A stretch of DNA of 64,000 nt from Candidatus Parcubacteria bacterium (GTDB taxonomy: Bacteria > Patescibacteriota > Patescibacteriia > PEXW01). Position 1 is the stretch's first letter, and every line of letters begins with the position of its first letter. The stretch is taken from assembly GCA_003597955.1 (NCBI GenBank), contig QZJU01000006.1, positions 34,500 to 98,499 of the forward strand, in the 5' to 3' direction. Below the pieces are notes generated by a model. The model made no database searches and had not been told where the DNA came from. It saw nothing but the letters and a program-made list of their open reading frames with translations. Shown one piece after another: positions 9,734-20,032 of the stretch. The translations under genes were made by a program, and so were the position numbers.

Positions 9734-11551
9734 TTAAATTTTTTGCCTGGCTTGCCGCCGCCGATCAGCGGAATTTAGCAATTTTTTTCTAATGCGAATG
9801 CTTTGAGGCGTCACTTCTACCAATTCGTCGGCGCTTATATACTCCAAAGCGAATTCCAAGGTGATTTCTTTTGGCGGCGCCAGCTGAATGGCCTCATCCG
9901 AACCCGACGCCCGCATATTCGAAAGCCTTTTGGCCTTGCAAACATTCACTTCAATGTCTTCATCTCGGCTGTTTTGGCCTACCACCATGCCTTGGTAGAC
10001 CGGCTCCCCCGGGCCAATAAATAATTCTCCCCGACCTTGGGCGATTTCCAGTCCGTAGGCATTGCTTTTTCCGGTTTCCGTGGCAATCAAGGAGCCGTGG
10101 GGAAAGGGGTTAAGTTCCGGAACCGCCGGTCGGAAATTTTCAAAAACATGGTGCATGATTAAAGTGCCGCGGGTTTTGGTTAAGAGTAAACTTTTCAAAC
10201 CCAGCAAACCTCGGGTTGGCGTTAAGTATTCCAGTCTGACGGTTTTGTCCGCTTCGGTTTGCATATGTTTTAATTCGCCGCGACGTTTGCCGACTTCGGA
10301 GATGACTTCGCCCTGATAAGCCTCAGCCACCCTAATGCTTAGCAGTTCCCAGGGCTCTAGAGTTTTCCCGTCAAGAGTTTTGGTTATGACCTTCGGCTGA
10401 CCGATCTGTAATTCAAAACCCTCGCGCCGCATGGTTTCAATTAAAATGCTCAAATGCAGTTCGCCCCGCCCCGAAACCAAAAATTGATCTGAAGTTAATC
10501 CCGGCGCGACGCGCAAAGCCACATTGGTTTCCAGTTCTTTATATAATCTTTCTTGAATATTGCGCGAGGTCACCAGCTTGCCTTCTTGGCCGACGAATGG
10601 ACTGGTGTTGGCGCCAAAAGTCATTTGCATGGTTGGTTCATCGATAGCTACGGGCGGCAGAGGCTTGGGATTATCAGGGTCAGTAATCGTTTCGCCGATG
10701 TTTATTTTTTCAAAACCCGCCACTGCCACGATTTCACCCACGGCCGCCTGCTCAACGCTTGTTTTTTCTAGACCTTGGTAAACTAAAATTTCAGTCACTC
10801 GGCTTTTGGTCATCGCGCCGTCAGCGCTAATCAAGGCCGCTTCTTGGCCTTTTTTAAGTAGTCCAGCCGTGATTTTGCCAATGCCCATTTTGCCTTTGTA
10901 ATTGTCGTAAGCAATGGCCAAGATCAATATTTGCAGGGTTGCGTTAGGGTCGCCCTGGGGCGCGGGAAAGAATTCCAAAATTTTATCCAGCAGGGGATTA
11001 ATGTTTTTGCCCGGCTCGGCTGCGCTCAAACTCGCCGTGCCGTGCAGGGCCGAAGCATACACGATCGGGAACTCCAATTGTTCGTGATCGGCGCCTAAGT
11101 CCACAAAAAGGTCGAAAGTTCGATTGATAACTTCTTCAATTTGCGCATCACGCCGGTCAATTTTGTTTATTACCACAACGGCCTTTAGACCAAGCTCCAA
11201 AGCTTTTTTTAAAACAAATTTGGTTTGAGGCATTGGCCCCTCCTTGGCGTCCACCAGCAAGATGACCCCATCCACCATGCGCAAAGTCCGCTCCACTTCA
11301 CCGCCAAAATCCGCATGACCCGGCGTGTCCACGATATTTATTTTCACGCCTTGGTAAACTACGCTGGCGTTTTTTGCTCGGATGGTAATGCCGCGCTCGC
11401 GTTCCAAATCCAACGAATCCATAATTAATTTTCCGGCTGTTTCCGAATCGACCGCGTGGGTTTGTTTCAAGATCGCGTCAACCAATGTGGTTTTGCCATG
11501 ATCGACATGCGCAATGATGGCAATGTTTCTAATTTTTTGAAGTTCTGGCAT
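9734..11551 (-). CDS. typA: Translational GTPase TypA/BipA
   Basis: IAHVDHGKTTL, ERERGITI, DTPGHADFGG, GRGELHL, ELVEVTP. Confidence 0.97.
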   Translation of the reverse strand: MPELQKIRNIAIIAHVDHGKTTLVDAILKQTHAVDSETAGKLIMDSLDLERERGITIRAKNASVVYQGVKINIVDTPGHADFGGEVERTLRMVDGVILLVDAKEGPMPQTKFVLKKALELGLKAVVVINKIDRRDAQIEEVINRTFDLFVDLGADHEQLEFPIVYASALHGTASLSAAEPGKNINPLLDKILEFFPAPQGDPNATLQILILAIAYDNYKGKMGIGKITAGLLKKGQEAALISADGAMTKSRVTEILVYQGLEKTSVEQAAVGEIVAVAGFEKINIGETITDPDNPKPLPPVAIDEPTMQMTFGANTSPFVGQEGKLVTSRNIQERLYKELETNVALRVAPGLTSDQFLVSGRGELHLSILIETMRREGFELQIGQPKVITKTLDGKTLEPWELLSIRVAEAYQGEVISEVGKRRGELKHMQTEADKTVRLEYLTPTRGLLGLKSLLLTKTRGTLIMHHVFENFRPAVPELNPFPHGSLIATETGKSNAYGLEIAQGRGELFIGPGEPVYQGMVVGQNSRDEDIEVNVCKAKRLSNMRASGSDEAIQLAPPKEITLEFALEYISADELVEVTPQSIRIRKKLLNSADRRRQARQKI

Positions 11552-11629
11552 TTAGAGAGAGTGACTTTCAAAATAAAATTCGCCAACAAGTGGTCAAAAT
11601 GAGAGTATCATACCTTGGATTATCGTCAA

Positions 11630-11737
11630 CCCCGCACCACTTTTCAACTAAATTCTTAAAATTTAAGTTTTAAGATATTTGCTCGGTTGAATATCTAATT
11701 AATACTAAAAAGCGTTGGGCTGAAAAGTGGTGCGGGG
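11630..11737 (-). mobile_element. MITE-like element, copy 1, CCCCGCACCACTTT terminal inverted repeats
   Basis: Perfect TIRs, TCAA (TTGA on minus strand) on both sides, internal similarity to 37122-37226. Confidence 0.75.
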
Positions 11738-11789
11738 TCAAACACCCAAAGCTTTCCAAAAATCTTGAATTTTGGTGTATAGTAAGGCT

Positions 11790-12140
11790 ATGATTTTGAT
11801 ACGCTGGATCATAAATGCCCTCATGGTCATTCTGGTCACTTATGTTGTGCCAGGCATAAGCGTTACCTCATTTTATACGGCCTTAATTGTGGCTTTAATT
11901 TATGGAATACTAAACGCCATAATCAGGCCGATTTTGGTGATTTTAACCCTGCCTATAAACTTGATTACTTTGGGCCTGTTTACGCTCATTATTAATGCGG
12001 TACTGTTTTGGCTGGTCAGCACCATTGTTAAAGGCTTTGCTGTGGAAGGCTTTTGGTCGGCGTTCTTCGGCGCGCTCGTGCTCTGGGTTTTTAGCTTTTT
12101 AACCAACGGCATTTTAAAGGCGGCAAAACCAAAGATTTGA
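11790..12140 (+). CDS. Phage holin family (YvlD-like, 4 TM) membrane protein
   Basis: LNAIIRPILVILTLPINLITLGLF signature. Confidence 0.9.
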   Translation: MILIRWIINALMVILVTYVVPGISVTSFYTALIVALIYGILNAIIRPILVILTLPINLITLGLFTLIINAVLFWLVSTIVKGFAVEGFWSAFFGALVLWVFSFLTNGILKAAKPKI

Positions 12141-12262
12141 ATTTTTGGCTAATTTAAGCCAATAATACCTATAAAACCCAATTAAATGGGCTGGAATTTT
12201 TTAGTTTTCCACAGCTTGTAAACATTTAGGGTTGACAAAAAATCTGTATGTGCTAAGGTCGG

Positions 12263-12853
12263 GTGTTCAAAAATCTTGCACAGATAATGTGGCAAGATTT
12301 TTTGAATTTCAAATTTGCAATTATGAACCTGACCAAGCGACAATCCAAGCGCATTCGCAAGCTAATGCAATTCATGCTGGTGGTATTGATTTGGCAATTT
12401 AGTTTTCCCCAGCATGCTATGGCCCACAATGTCAACACGGAAAGAAAAGAAAATTCCGGCGCGAATTTTATGGTGCCCAAAGACTCAGATCTTTTGCCGG
12501 CCGTGCCACCAGCGGTAAAAATTGAAAAACCCATCGTTGATGAACCCAAACACATAGTCAAGCAGACTTTGACTGTGGTTATGACCGCTTACTCCTCGAC
12601 TCGCGCGCAAACCGACAATGATCCTTTTACTACAGCTTCCGGAGAAAAGGTCCGTGATGGCATTGTGGCCATGAACCAAGTGCCGTTTGGCACAAAAATC
12701 CGGATACCGGATAAATTTGGTGATAAAATTTTTGTCGTCAAAGATCGCATGAGCGCTCGTTATGGTAAGAGCCGCGGAGACATTTGGATGAAGACATATC
12801 AGCAGGCCAAGCAGTGGGGCGTAAAGCGCGTTAAGGTTGAGATATTAAAATAA
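12263..12853 (+). CDS. 3D (Asp-Asp-Asp) domain secreted protein
   Basis: TAYSS...QTD.DPFTTASG, PFGTKI, V.DRM, DIW; start uncertain. Confidence 0.9.
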   Translation: MFKNLAQIMWQDFLNFKFAIMNLTKRQSKRIRKLMQFMLVVLIWQFSFPQHAMAHNVNTERKENSGANFMVPKDSDLLPAVPPAVKIEKPIVDEPKHIVKQTLTVVMTAYSSTRAQTDNDPFTTASGEKVRDGIVAMNQVPFGTKIRIPDKFGDKIFVVKDRMSARYGKSRGDIWMKTYQQAKQWGVKRVKVEILK

Positions 12854-12920
12854 TAAAATTATTCAGGTTTTAGTTGAAGACTTGAATAACTTTGTGTTAG
12901 GCTGGTTATGAATTGCCAAC

Positions 12921-13007
12921 GCCGCCGTGGTGGAACTGGTATACACAAGGGACTTAAAATCCCTCGGGGGCAACCCCTTGTCGGTCCGAGTCCGACCGGC
13001 GGCACCA
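12921..13007 (+). tRNA. tRNA-Leu(UAA)
   Basis: Cloverleaf with long variable arm, loop CT-TAA-AA, CCA end; T-loop TCCGAGT. Confidence 0.93.
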
Positions 13008-13356
13008 GCTCGTTTCGTGTCTCGAGCTACGTTTTGCCAAAAACGGCAAGAGCCTCACTCACTCGCAATGTCTTGTTTAAAAGCAGTTTTGTAAATCCAC
13101 TTGGTTTACTGGTTAATAAAAAATTCCATTATGACGAACAGACCGTAAAAAAGCATTAAAAGCCTAAACACTCTTGATCGCTAAAGTGATTGATATTCGT
13201 ACCCTTGGCAAAGTCAGCGCTTTTTACCACTCCAATCAGCGAGATTATTGGCGGTGAAAAAAAATAAAAAGCATGGAAATTTTGGCTTTTTCTGTATTCT
13301 TCATGCTAGCATTTTTAAATTCGCCCTAAACCAGCCGACTCTTAGTCTGCGATTCA

Positions 13357-13431
13357 TGGAGCGGGTGATGGGATTCGCACCCACGGCCTCTTCCTTGGCA
13401 AGGAAGCGTTCTACTACTGAACTACACCCGC
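13357..13431 (-). tRNA. tRNA-Gly(GCC)
   Basis: GCGGGTG acceptor stem, TTCCT-TTGCCAA-GGAA type anticodon arm, TCCA end. Confidence 0.93.
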
Positions 13432-13437
13432 ATTTAT

Positions 13438-13512
13438 TGGAGGCCACGGGCGGGATTGAACCGCCGTATAAGGGTTTTGCAGACCCTCGCCTTACCACTT
13501 GGCTACGTGGCC
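13438..13512 (-). tRNA. tRNA-Cys(GCA)
   Basis: GGCCACG acceptor stem, anticodon loop CT-GCA-AA, TCCA end. Confidence 0.95.
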
Positions 13513-13626
13513 ATTATGTTTATTTGTTTCAGAAGTCGTCAGTCCTCGCCAAGCTTGCGCTAGACTCGTCTGCTCCGCCCTTGGGCGGCTTGCCTCGCTT
13601 CTGCCCGTTCCGCTTTTCTGCGGAAT

Positions 13627-13680
13627 CCACTTGCCCACCCGACTGAACTAAGTCAGTCGTTCGGGCGGGGCCACGTGGCC
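13627..13680 (-). pseudogene. Degenerate tRNA-Cys 5' fragment interrupted by a hairpin insert
   Basis: GGCCACGTGGC-[hairpin]-CAAGTGG matches the 5' end of the adjacent tRNA-Cys. Confidence 0.55.
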
Positions 13681-13740
13681 CAATTTCCCCTTGGCCTTAG
13701 TATGGCCTAATGTAACAAATATCCAATATTATCGCAACAA

Positions 13741-14774
13741 TTATAAAATTAGCATACCATCACCAAAAGAAAAAAACTTGAATTTCTGGGCGATAGCTCT
13801 TTGGTAAAGTTGGAAAAGCGTTTTTCGGCCGGTAAAAGCTGAAACCAGCATCAAAAGGCTGGATTTTGGGACATGGAAATTCGTGATCAAACCATCAATA
13901 AATTTAAATTTATAACCGGGTTGGATAAAAAGCTGGGTATCACCAGAAAATCTATTCAATTTACTGCTGATGGCGCTTGATTCCAAAGTTCTTGCTACGG
14001 TAGTGCCAACCGCAATGATTGGCTGATGGTTTTGTTTAGCCCGGTTTAACACCTGGGCTGTTTTATGGTCTATTTCAAAATATTCAGAATGTAATTGCTT
14101 GGTTTTTAAATGTTTTTCCGTTAATGGCGCAAAAGTGCCTAAGTTTACGTGAAGGGTGACAAAGGCAATTTTATTTCCCCGCTCCTTTATTTTACTCATC
14201 AAGTTTTTGGTGAAATGTAAAGAAGCGGTTGGCGCGGCAATGGAGCCGGGAACATTGGCAAAAACCGTTTGATACTGGGCTTTTTTTTGGGCTTCGGTCA
14301 AAGGTGATTTTTTTAGGTAAGGCGGCAGCGGCGCGACTCCAAACCTCATTAAAATTGTTTCCAGCTGGCTGATGGGAAAAGTCGATTTAAAAACATAATG
14401 ATTATTTATTTTTTTGACCAGCTGAAATTGAATTCGAGGGGTTAATGTGTATTTTTCGCCGATCACTAATCGATTTTCGCATAACGCCCAAATATATCGC
14501 CGGTTTTTTTTAAGGTACAGAATTTTTATTTTGCCGCCAGTCGGCTTTTGCAAAATCAAACGAGCCGGCAATACCTTGGTCTGATTAAAAACCAAGACCG
14601 AATTTTCGGGTAGATATTCTGGCAAATTATTAAATCTATCAAGTTTTATTTTTTTAGTTTTTCTTTCATAAATTAAAAGCCTGGCCTGGTCACGTGGCTG
14701 CGCAAGTTTTTGAGCGATTAAACTTTTGGGGATTTTGTAATCGTACAGCCTCAAAATCGCTTTTAAATTTTTCA

Positions 14775-14775
<1 letters not shown>
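13741..14775 (-). CDS. queA: SAM:tRNA ribosyltransferase-isomerase
   Basis: PLPPY, YQTVFA, AAPTASLHF, AVGTT..RTLES, TNFH.PKS, FFSFGDGM. Confidence 0.96.
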
Positions 14776-15935
<1,160 letters not shown>

Positions 15936-16008
15936 TTACGAATTACAAATAATATACGAAATACGAATACGATTAGAATTTAACCAGCTTAACATAAAAA
16001 ACCCGGAC

Positions 16009-16701
16009 TTATTTGCTCACAATAAAATATTCCGCGTTTAACAATTCTTTTATGGCAAAAGCGGGAAAGCCGGAATAAGGTCGGCCATTGTCGATTTGGG
16101 AAAGGTGACAGCAAATAATCCGTTTTTTTACGCGGGGGTTTATGGAGATTTTCAAGTTGGGTTTTGGGAATTTCGACTTGTTGGCGTACTTGCCAAATTT
16201 TCTTCGGGCTTTAAAATATATTAAGGCGCGCCGGGAAATCGTCGGCGGCAAGACAAAGGCGTAAAGGGGGAGCTGGAATTTTCGCGCTAGTTTTTTGGCG
16301 ACTTTGCCCATGGCAATGTGGTCCAAATGTCCCGTAATGCCGTCAGATCCGAAACTTAAAATCGCTTTGGGTTTAATTTTTTTTACAATGGGTAAAGATT
16401 TTCGGTAAATCGCATTTGTGAAATTTTTAATTTTTCCGTCGGGAAAATTCAGAAGCCAAATTCTGGAAAGGTGGAAAAGTTTGCCGGCTTTTAGCAGTTC
16501 TTTACGTCGGATTTTTTTGAGCTGGGCATCGGTGACGGGTTTTTTCAAATGGGACCTCCCTCTTTCGCCGCGGCTTGAACAGATTAAAAAGTTCTGGCCG
16601 CCGGATTGGTAATTTTTGAATATCGAACCAGCCGCGGCATAACTTTCGTCGTCCGGGTGGGCGGTTAAGATCAGGATTTTTTTGCCTAGGAATGTTTGCA
16701 T
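16009..16701 (-). CDS. PIG-L/LmbE family deacetylase
   Basis: AHPDDE and HLDH motifs. Confidence 0.9.
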   Translation of the reverse strand: MQTFLGKKILILTAHPDDESYAAAGSIFKNYQSGGQNFLICSSRGERGRSHLKKPVTDAQLKKIRRKELLKAGKLFHLSRIWLLNFPDGKIKNFTNAIYRKSLPIVKKIKPKAILSFGSDGITGHLDHIAMGKVAKKLARKFQLPLYAFVLPPTISRRALIYFKARRKFGKYANKSKFPKPNLKISINPRVKKRIICCHLSQIDNGRPYSGFPAFAIKELLNAEYFIVSK

Positions 16702-16811
16702 AGGAACAAGCTTAAGTAAGCCGTGTTTAGTATTGTATCAGAAACGCCAAAGCCATCTCGTTAGCCAGCCTTGACTCGAAAGAAAATTCTTATTAAACTA
16801 CCCTAACCAAT

Positions 16812-17165
16812 ATGGAAAGCGTATACAAATCAGCCAAAACCAAAGAACGAACCGACTTGCCGGCTTTACGGCCAGGCATGGTGGTTAAAGTCCATCAAAA
16901 AATTAAGGAAGGCGAAAAAGAGCGAATCCAGATTTTTGAGGGCATGGTTTTGGATGTCAGGCACGGGCAGGGCTTGCACGGCACCTTTACGGTCAGAAAA
17001 ATTTCCGAAGGCGTTGGTGTGGAAAGGATTTTCCCTTTTCATGCGCCTACAATCGCCAAAATCGAACCCGTGAAGCAATTTAAAGTCCGCCAAGCTTCCT
17101 TGGGCTATCTCCGCCAAGGCTACCAAAAGCGTCTGAAGGAAGTGAAGCAGGCCAAGAAGGTTTAA
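16812..17165 (+). CDS. rplS: 50S ribosomal protein bL19
   Basis: [26 protein letters not shown]. Confidence 0.97.
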   Translation: MESVYKSAKTKERTDLPALRPGMVVKVHQKIKEGEKERIQIFEGMVLDVRHGQGLHGTFTVRKISEGVGVERIFPFHAPTIAKIEPVKQFKVRQASLGYLRQGYQKRLKEVKQAKKV

Positions 17166-17210
17166 TTATCCGCAAGTACTAATAATGCAATGTTTAATAA
17201 ATAATGAAAA

Positions 17211-17888
17211 TTGTATTTATTTATGGTATACGCTATTAGCTTGATGAGTGATAGCACGCCGATCCCTTGGAGTAGTGAACTTGCTTATGCAATCGGCCTC
17301 ATTACTACTGACGGCAATCTTTCAAAAGACGGTCGACACCTTGAATTCACCTCTAAAGATATGGAACAAATACGAAATTTTAAGTATTGTTTAGGATTGA
17401 GAGTCAAAGTGAGTCTTAAATCTTCTGGTTACACAGGCGTCAGAGTTCCTCACATACAATTTGGTAATGTTAAGTTTTACCGATTTTTACTAAGTCTAGG
17501 CTTGCATCCAGCAAAAAGCAAAACTTTAAATGCTGTTAATGTTCCAGATAAATATTTTTTTGACTTCCTGCGTGGGCATTTTGACGGTGACGGACACCTG
17601 TACTCATATTGGGATTCCCGTTGGAAGAATAGTTTTATGTACTATCTTGCATTTAGTTCAGCTAGCCCAAAGCATATCCTTTGGTTACGTACTAAACTAA
17701 AACAATTGCTTGGTGTTCAAGGGCATATTACTAGAGCGAAGGGACAGAGCGTTGAGCAGTTGAAGTATGCAAAAAGAGAAGGTTTGCTCATTTTTAGAAA
17801 AATGTATGCAAGCTCTGATTGTATTACTCTAACTCGAAAACGTAAAAAAATGCTTCAAGCTTTACAGACAGCAAAGTTGATGCTATAA
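17211..17888 (+). CDS. Free-standing double-motif LAGLIDADG endonuclease-family protein
   Basis: AYAIGLITTDGNL and FLRGHFDGDG motifs; start may be 17244. Confidence 0.88.
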   Translation: MYLFMVYAISLMSDSTPIPWSSELAYAIGLITTDGNLSKDGRHLEFTSKDMEQIRNFKYCLGLRVKVSLKSSGYTGVRVPHIQFGNVKFYRFLLSLGLHPAKSKTLNAVNVPDKYFFDFLRGHFDGDGHLYSYWDSRWKNSFMYYLAFSSASPKHILWLRTKLKQLLGVQGHITRAKGQSVEQLKYAKREGLLIFRKMYASSDCITLTRKRKKMLQALQTAKLML

Positions 17889-17899
17889 GCATAACATGT

Positions 17900-17986
17900 G
17901 CCGCGGTGCTGTAATTGGTAGCCAGGCTGGCTTGAGGTGCCAGTGCTCGCAAGAGCGTGGAGGTTCGACCCCTCTCCGCGGCACCA
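17900..17986 (+). tRNA. tRNA-Leu(GAG)
   Basis: CTGGC-TTGAGGT-GCCAG anticodon arm, long variable arm, CCA. Confidence 0.93.
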
Positions 17987-18002
17987 AGCTTTCTCCGCCC
18001 TG

Positions 18003-18089
18003 CGTGTGCTTAATAAATTAAGCCCACTCAGGTTTCGCAAGCGTGCCGCTTTCCCCAAATTTTTCATTCGAAAAATTTGGAGTCCCCCA
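18003..18089 (+). repeat. tRNA-downstream repeat (copy also at 49312-49400)
   Basis: CGTGTGCT..AGCCCACTC..GCAA..TGCCGCT..CCCCAAATTTT.CATTCGAAAAATTTGG shared. Confidence 0.75.
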
Positions 18090-18273
18090 GGAAGTCTGTT
18101 CACTACAGGTTTCAGACGCAGCCTCGGTAGACCCCAGAAATTCGCGCTCCCCTTGGGCAAGCTCAGAGTTCGCGCCAAATTCCTGGTGATTAAAATTTGA
18201 CTAATAAAAATTTTTTTCTTAAGCTTTTAACAAACAAATTTTGAACCTTTAAAAAGGATGAAAAGGAGTTGGA

Positions 18274-18666
18274 ATGCTGAAAGCGAAAATTGTAGCGACT
18301 GTTAGTCTTTTGATGGTGATGTTGCAGGCCCTGATGTATTTTTTTGTTCCCAGGCAAGCCTGGTATAGTTTTCCTCAACCTTTCGCCCTCATCAGAGATA
18401 TTGCTGTAATAATTTTTATTTTTACGATTTTTTGGTGGCAAATAATTGCTTCCGAATTGCCACCGTGGGTGCGAGCTGTTTTTAAGACTTATTTAAAAAC
18501 AACCTTGGTTTTATTTTTTATCTCCGTGGGGTGTATGGCGATCGAGTACATTTTGGGTCTGAATTATGGCGCTAAATTGTTTAATGTAAAGGGTTTGGGG
18601 GGTCTGTTCTTGATTGCAGTATGGTTTTTTAGCACTTGGCGAGCCTGGACAAGCGCTTATTGGTGA
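18274..18666 (+). CDS. Hypothetical 4-TM protein
   Basis: AAGGAG SD, hydrophobic ORF, terminator at ~18680-18715. Confidence 0.7.
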   Translation: MLKAKIVATVSLLMVMLQALMYFFVPRQAWYSFPQPFALIRDIAVIIFIFTIFWWQIIASELPPWVRAVFKTYLKTTLVLFFISVGCMAIEYILGLNYGAKLFNVKGLGGLFLIAVWFFSTWRAWTSAYW

Positions 18667-18809
18667 TAAGCCATATTTAAAACCGTCAGCCAAAGTAGAG
18701 CGGACGGTTTTTTTAATTTCCCCCCTGATCCAATGCCCTTGACAAAGAGCTGAGTTTTAACCTAAGCTGATAAGCTTTAATAAACCAATTTAAGAAGGAT
18801 CTTTAAAAA

Positions 18810-19439
18810 ATGAAGAATGCTGCATGTTGTAGGATGCAATGCGAAGCAGTTGCCGAGCAGTTGCTAAATTCTCTGCAAAATAAACATTCCTATTCTTATC
18901 AGCATTGCCTGGCGGTGGAGCGATACGCCTGGATTCTGGCTTTGCAAATTTCTCCGGCCTGGACCTGGGAAAATGGCGCTGCTTTGAAATTAGGCGCCCG
19001 GCTTCATGATATTGGCAAACTAAGGATTGATAACGCCATTCTAGACGGGACGGGCAAGCTCACGGATGAAGAATTCGCCCAAATTAAAACCCATCCCCGT
19101 TCTGGTGTGGAAATTTTAATGGAAACAGGCGTTGATTTTCCGGAAGTGGTTTACGAGCCGATTCTATGCCACCATATGGCTTTTGATCGAAAGGCTGTGG
19201 GCTATCCAATTGATTTTTGGGGCGAAGACATTCCTCTCGCCGCCCGGATTGTGGCCGTTGCTGATATCTTTGACGCATTGACCACAAAACGCAGCTATAA
19301 ACCCGCTTTGAGTTTTGGTGAGTCAGCCGGAATTTTATTGGCCGAGGCCGGCAAAAAACTTGATCCGTTCTTGGTGCAAGTTTTCGTGCACGAGACCATC
19401 CCCTATATGCTTTGGAACCAAGAAAGCGCAGACTCCTAA
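18810..19439 (+). CDS. Stand-alone HD-GYP domain phosphodiesterase
   Basis: LHDIGK, HH...GYP, AARIVAVADIFDALT..RSYK. Confidence 0.92.
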   Translation: MKNAACCRMQCEAVAEQLLNSLQNKHSYSYQHCLAVERYAWILALQISPAWTWENGAALKLGARLHDIGKLRIDNAILDGTGKLTDEEFAQIKTHPRSGVEILMETGVDFPEVVYEPILCHHMAFDRKAVGYPIDFWGEDIPLAARIVAVADIFDALTTKRSYKPALSFGESAGILLAEAGKKLDPFLVQVFVHETIPYMLWNQESADS

Positions 19440-19565
19440 AAACTGCGCTTTTGTTTTTGGGTGACAATCAGGAGATATAAAACCTTGACAGTTTTTTCCG
19501 TTTTTAGCTAAGTTTATCGATTCCAAAAATCGTTCTTTTAACCATTTAAATCAAAGGAGGAAAAA

Positions 19566-19829
19566 GTGGCAAGTTTTCGGATTTTTGTTGAAGGCCCTAG
19601 GGGCGTTAGCGGGAGAGCCGTTTTGATTCCCGCCAACATTAATATAAGCGAAAAGCGAGTCGTCTTGAGTCTAGGCCTTGGCAAAGAGGAACCAAATTTT
19701 ACGGAATTCTCTAAGGTCATTGCCGATATAGATGAGAGTTTGAAAGCTGCGAATATCCCCCATGAAGTAATGCGGATAAATTCACAACTCAATAACCTGC
19801 CTGACGCAATTGACATTCAGTTCAGGTGA
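19566..19829 (+). CDS. Hypothetical protein
   Basis: TTGACA promoter, AAGGAGG SD, GTG start, downstream terminator. Confidence 0.7.
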   Translation: MASFRIFVEGPRGVSGRAVLIPANINISEKRVVLSLGLGKEEPNFTEFSKVIADIDESLKAANIPHEVMRINSQLNNLPDAIDIQFR

Positions 19830-19930
19830 CGGCCTTTCGGCTTGAATTACAGCGCTCTTAAAGGGGGGGCGCTTTTTATCCGTGCCGCTCTGTAATCCTT
19901 CAGATACCATCAGCTCTTGTTGGCGGAGAC

Positions 19931-19993
19931 TCATTTAATTTTTCCAAAACTTTTTCAAGCTCCCTGGGTAAGCGCGCTTCGAAGGATGATTTT
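19931..19993 (-). pseudogene. Diverged duplicate of the 3' end of the RluA-family gene
   Basis: Translates SFEARLPRELEKVL vs SFEARLPGELEKIL near 21875-21935. Confidence 0.7.
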
Positions 19994-20032
19994 TAATTAA
20001 TGCCAATTTCACGCATTTACCCCGATTGACAA

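Noticed and set aside
11790-12853. Prophage lysis module (holin plus 3D protein)
   Set aside because: Both families are common chromosomal genes; no phage genes nearby
12908-13646. ORFs overlapping tRNA-Leu, Gly and Cys
   Set aside because: Explained by tRNA genes
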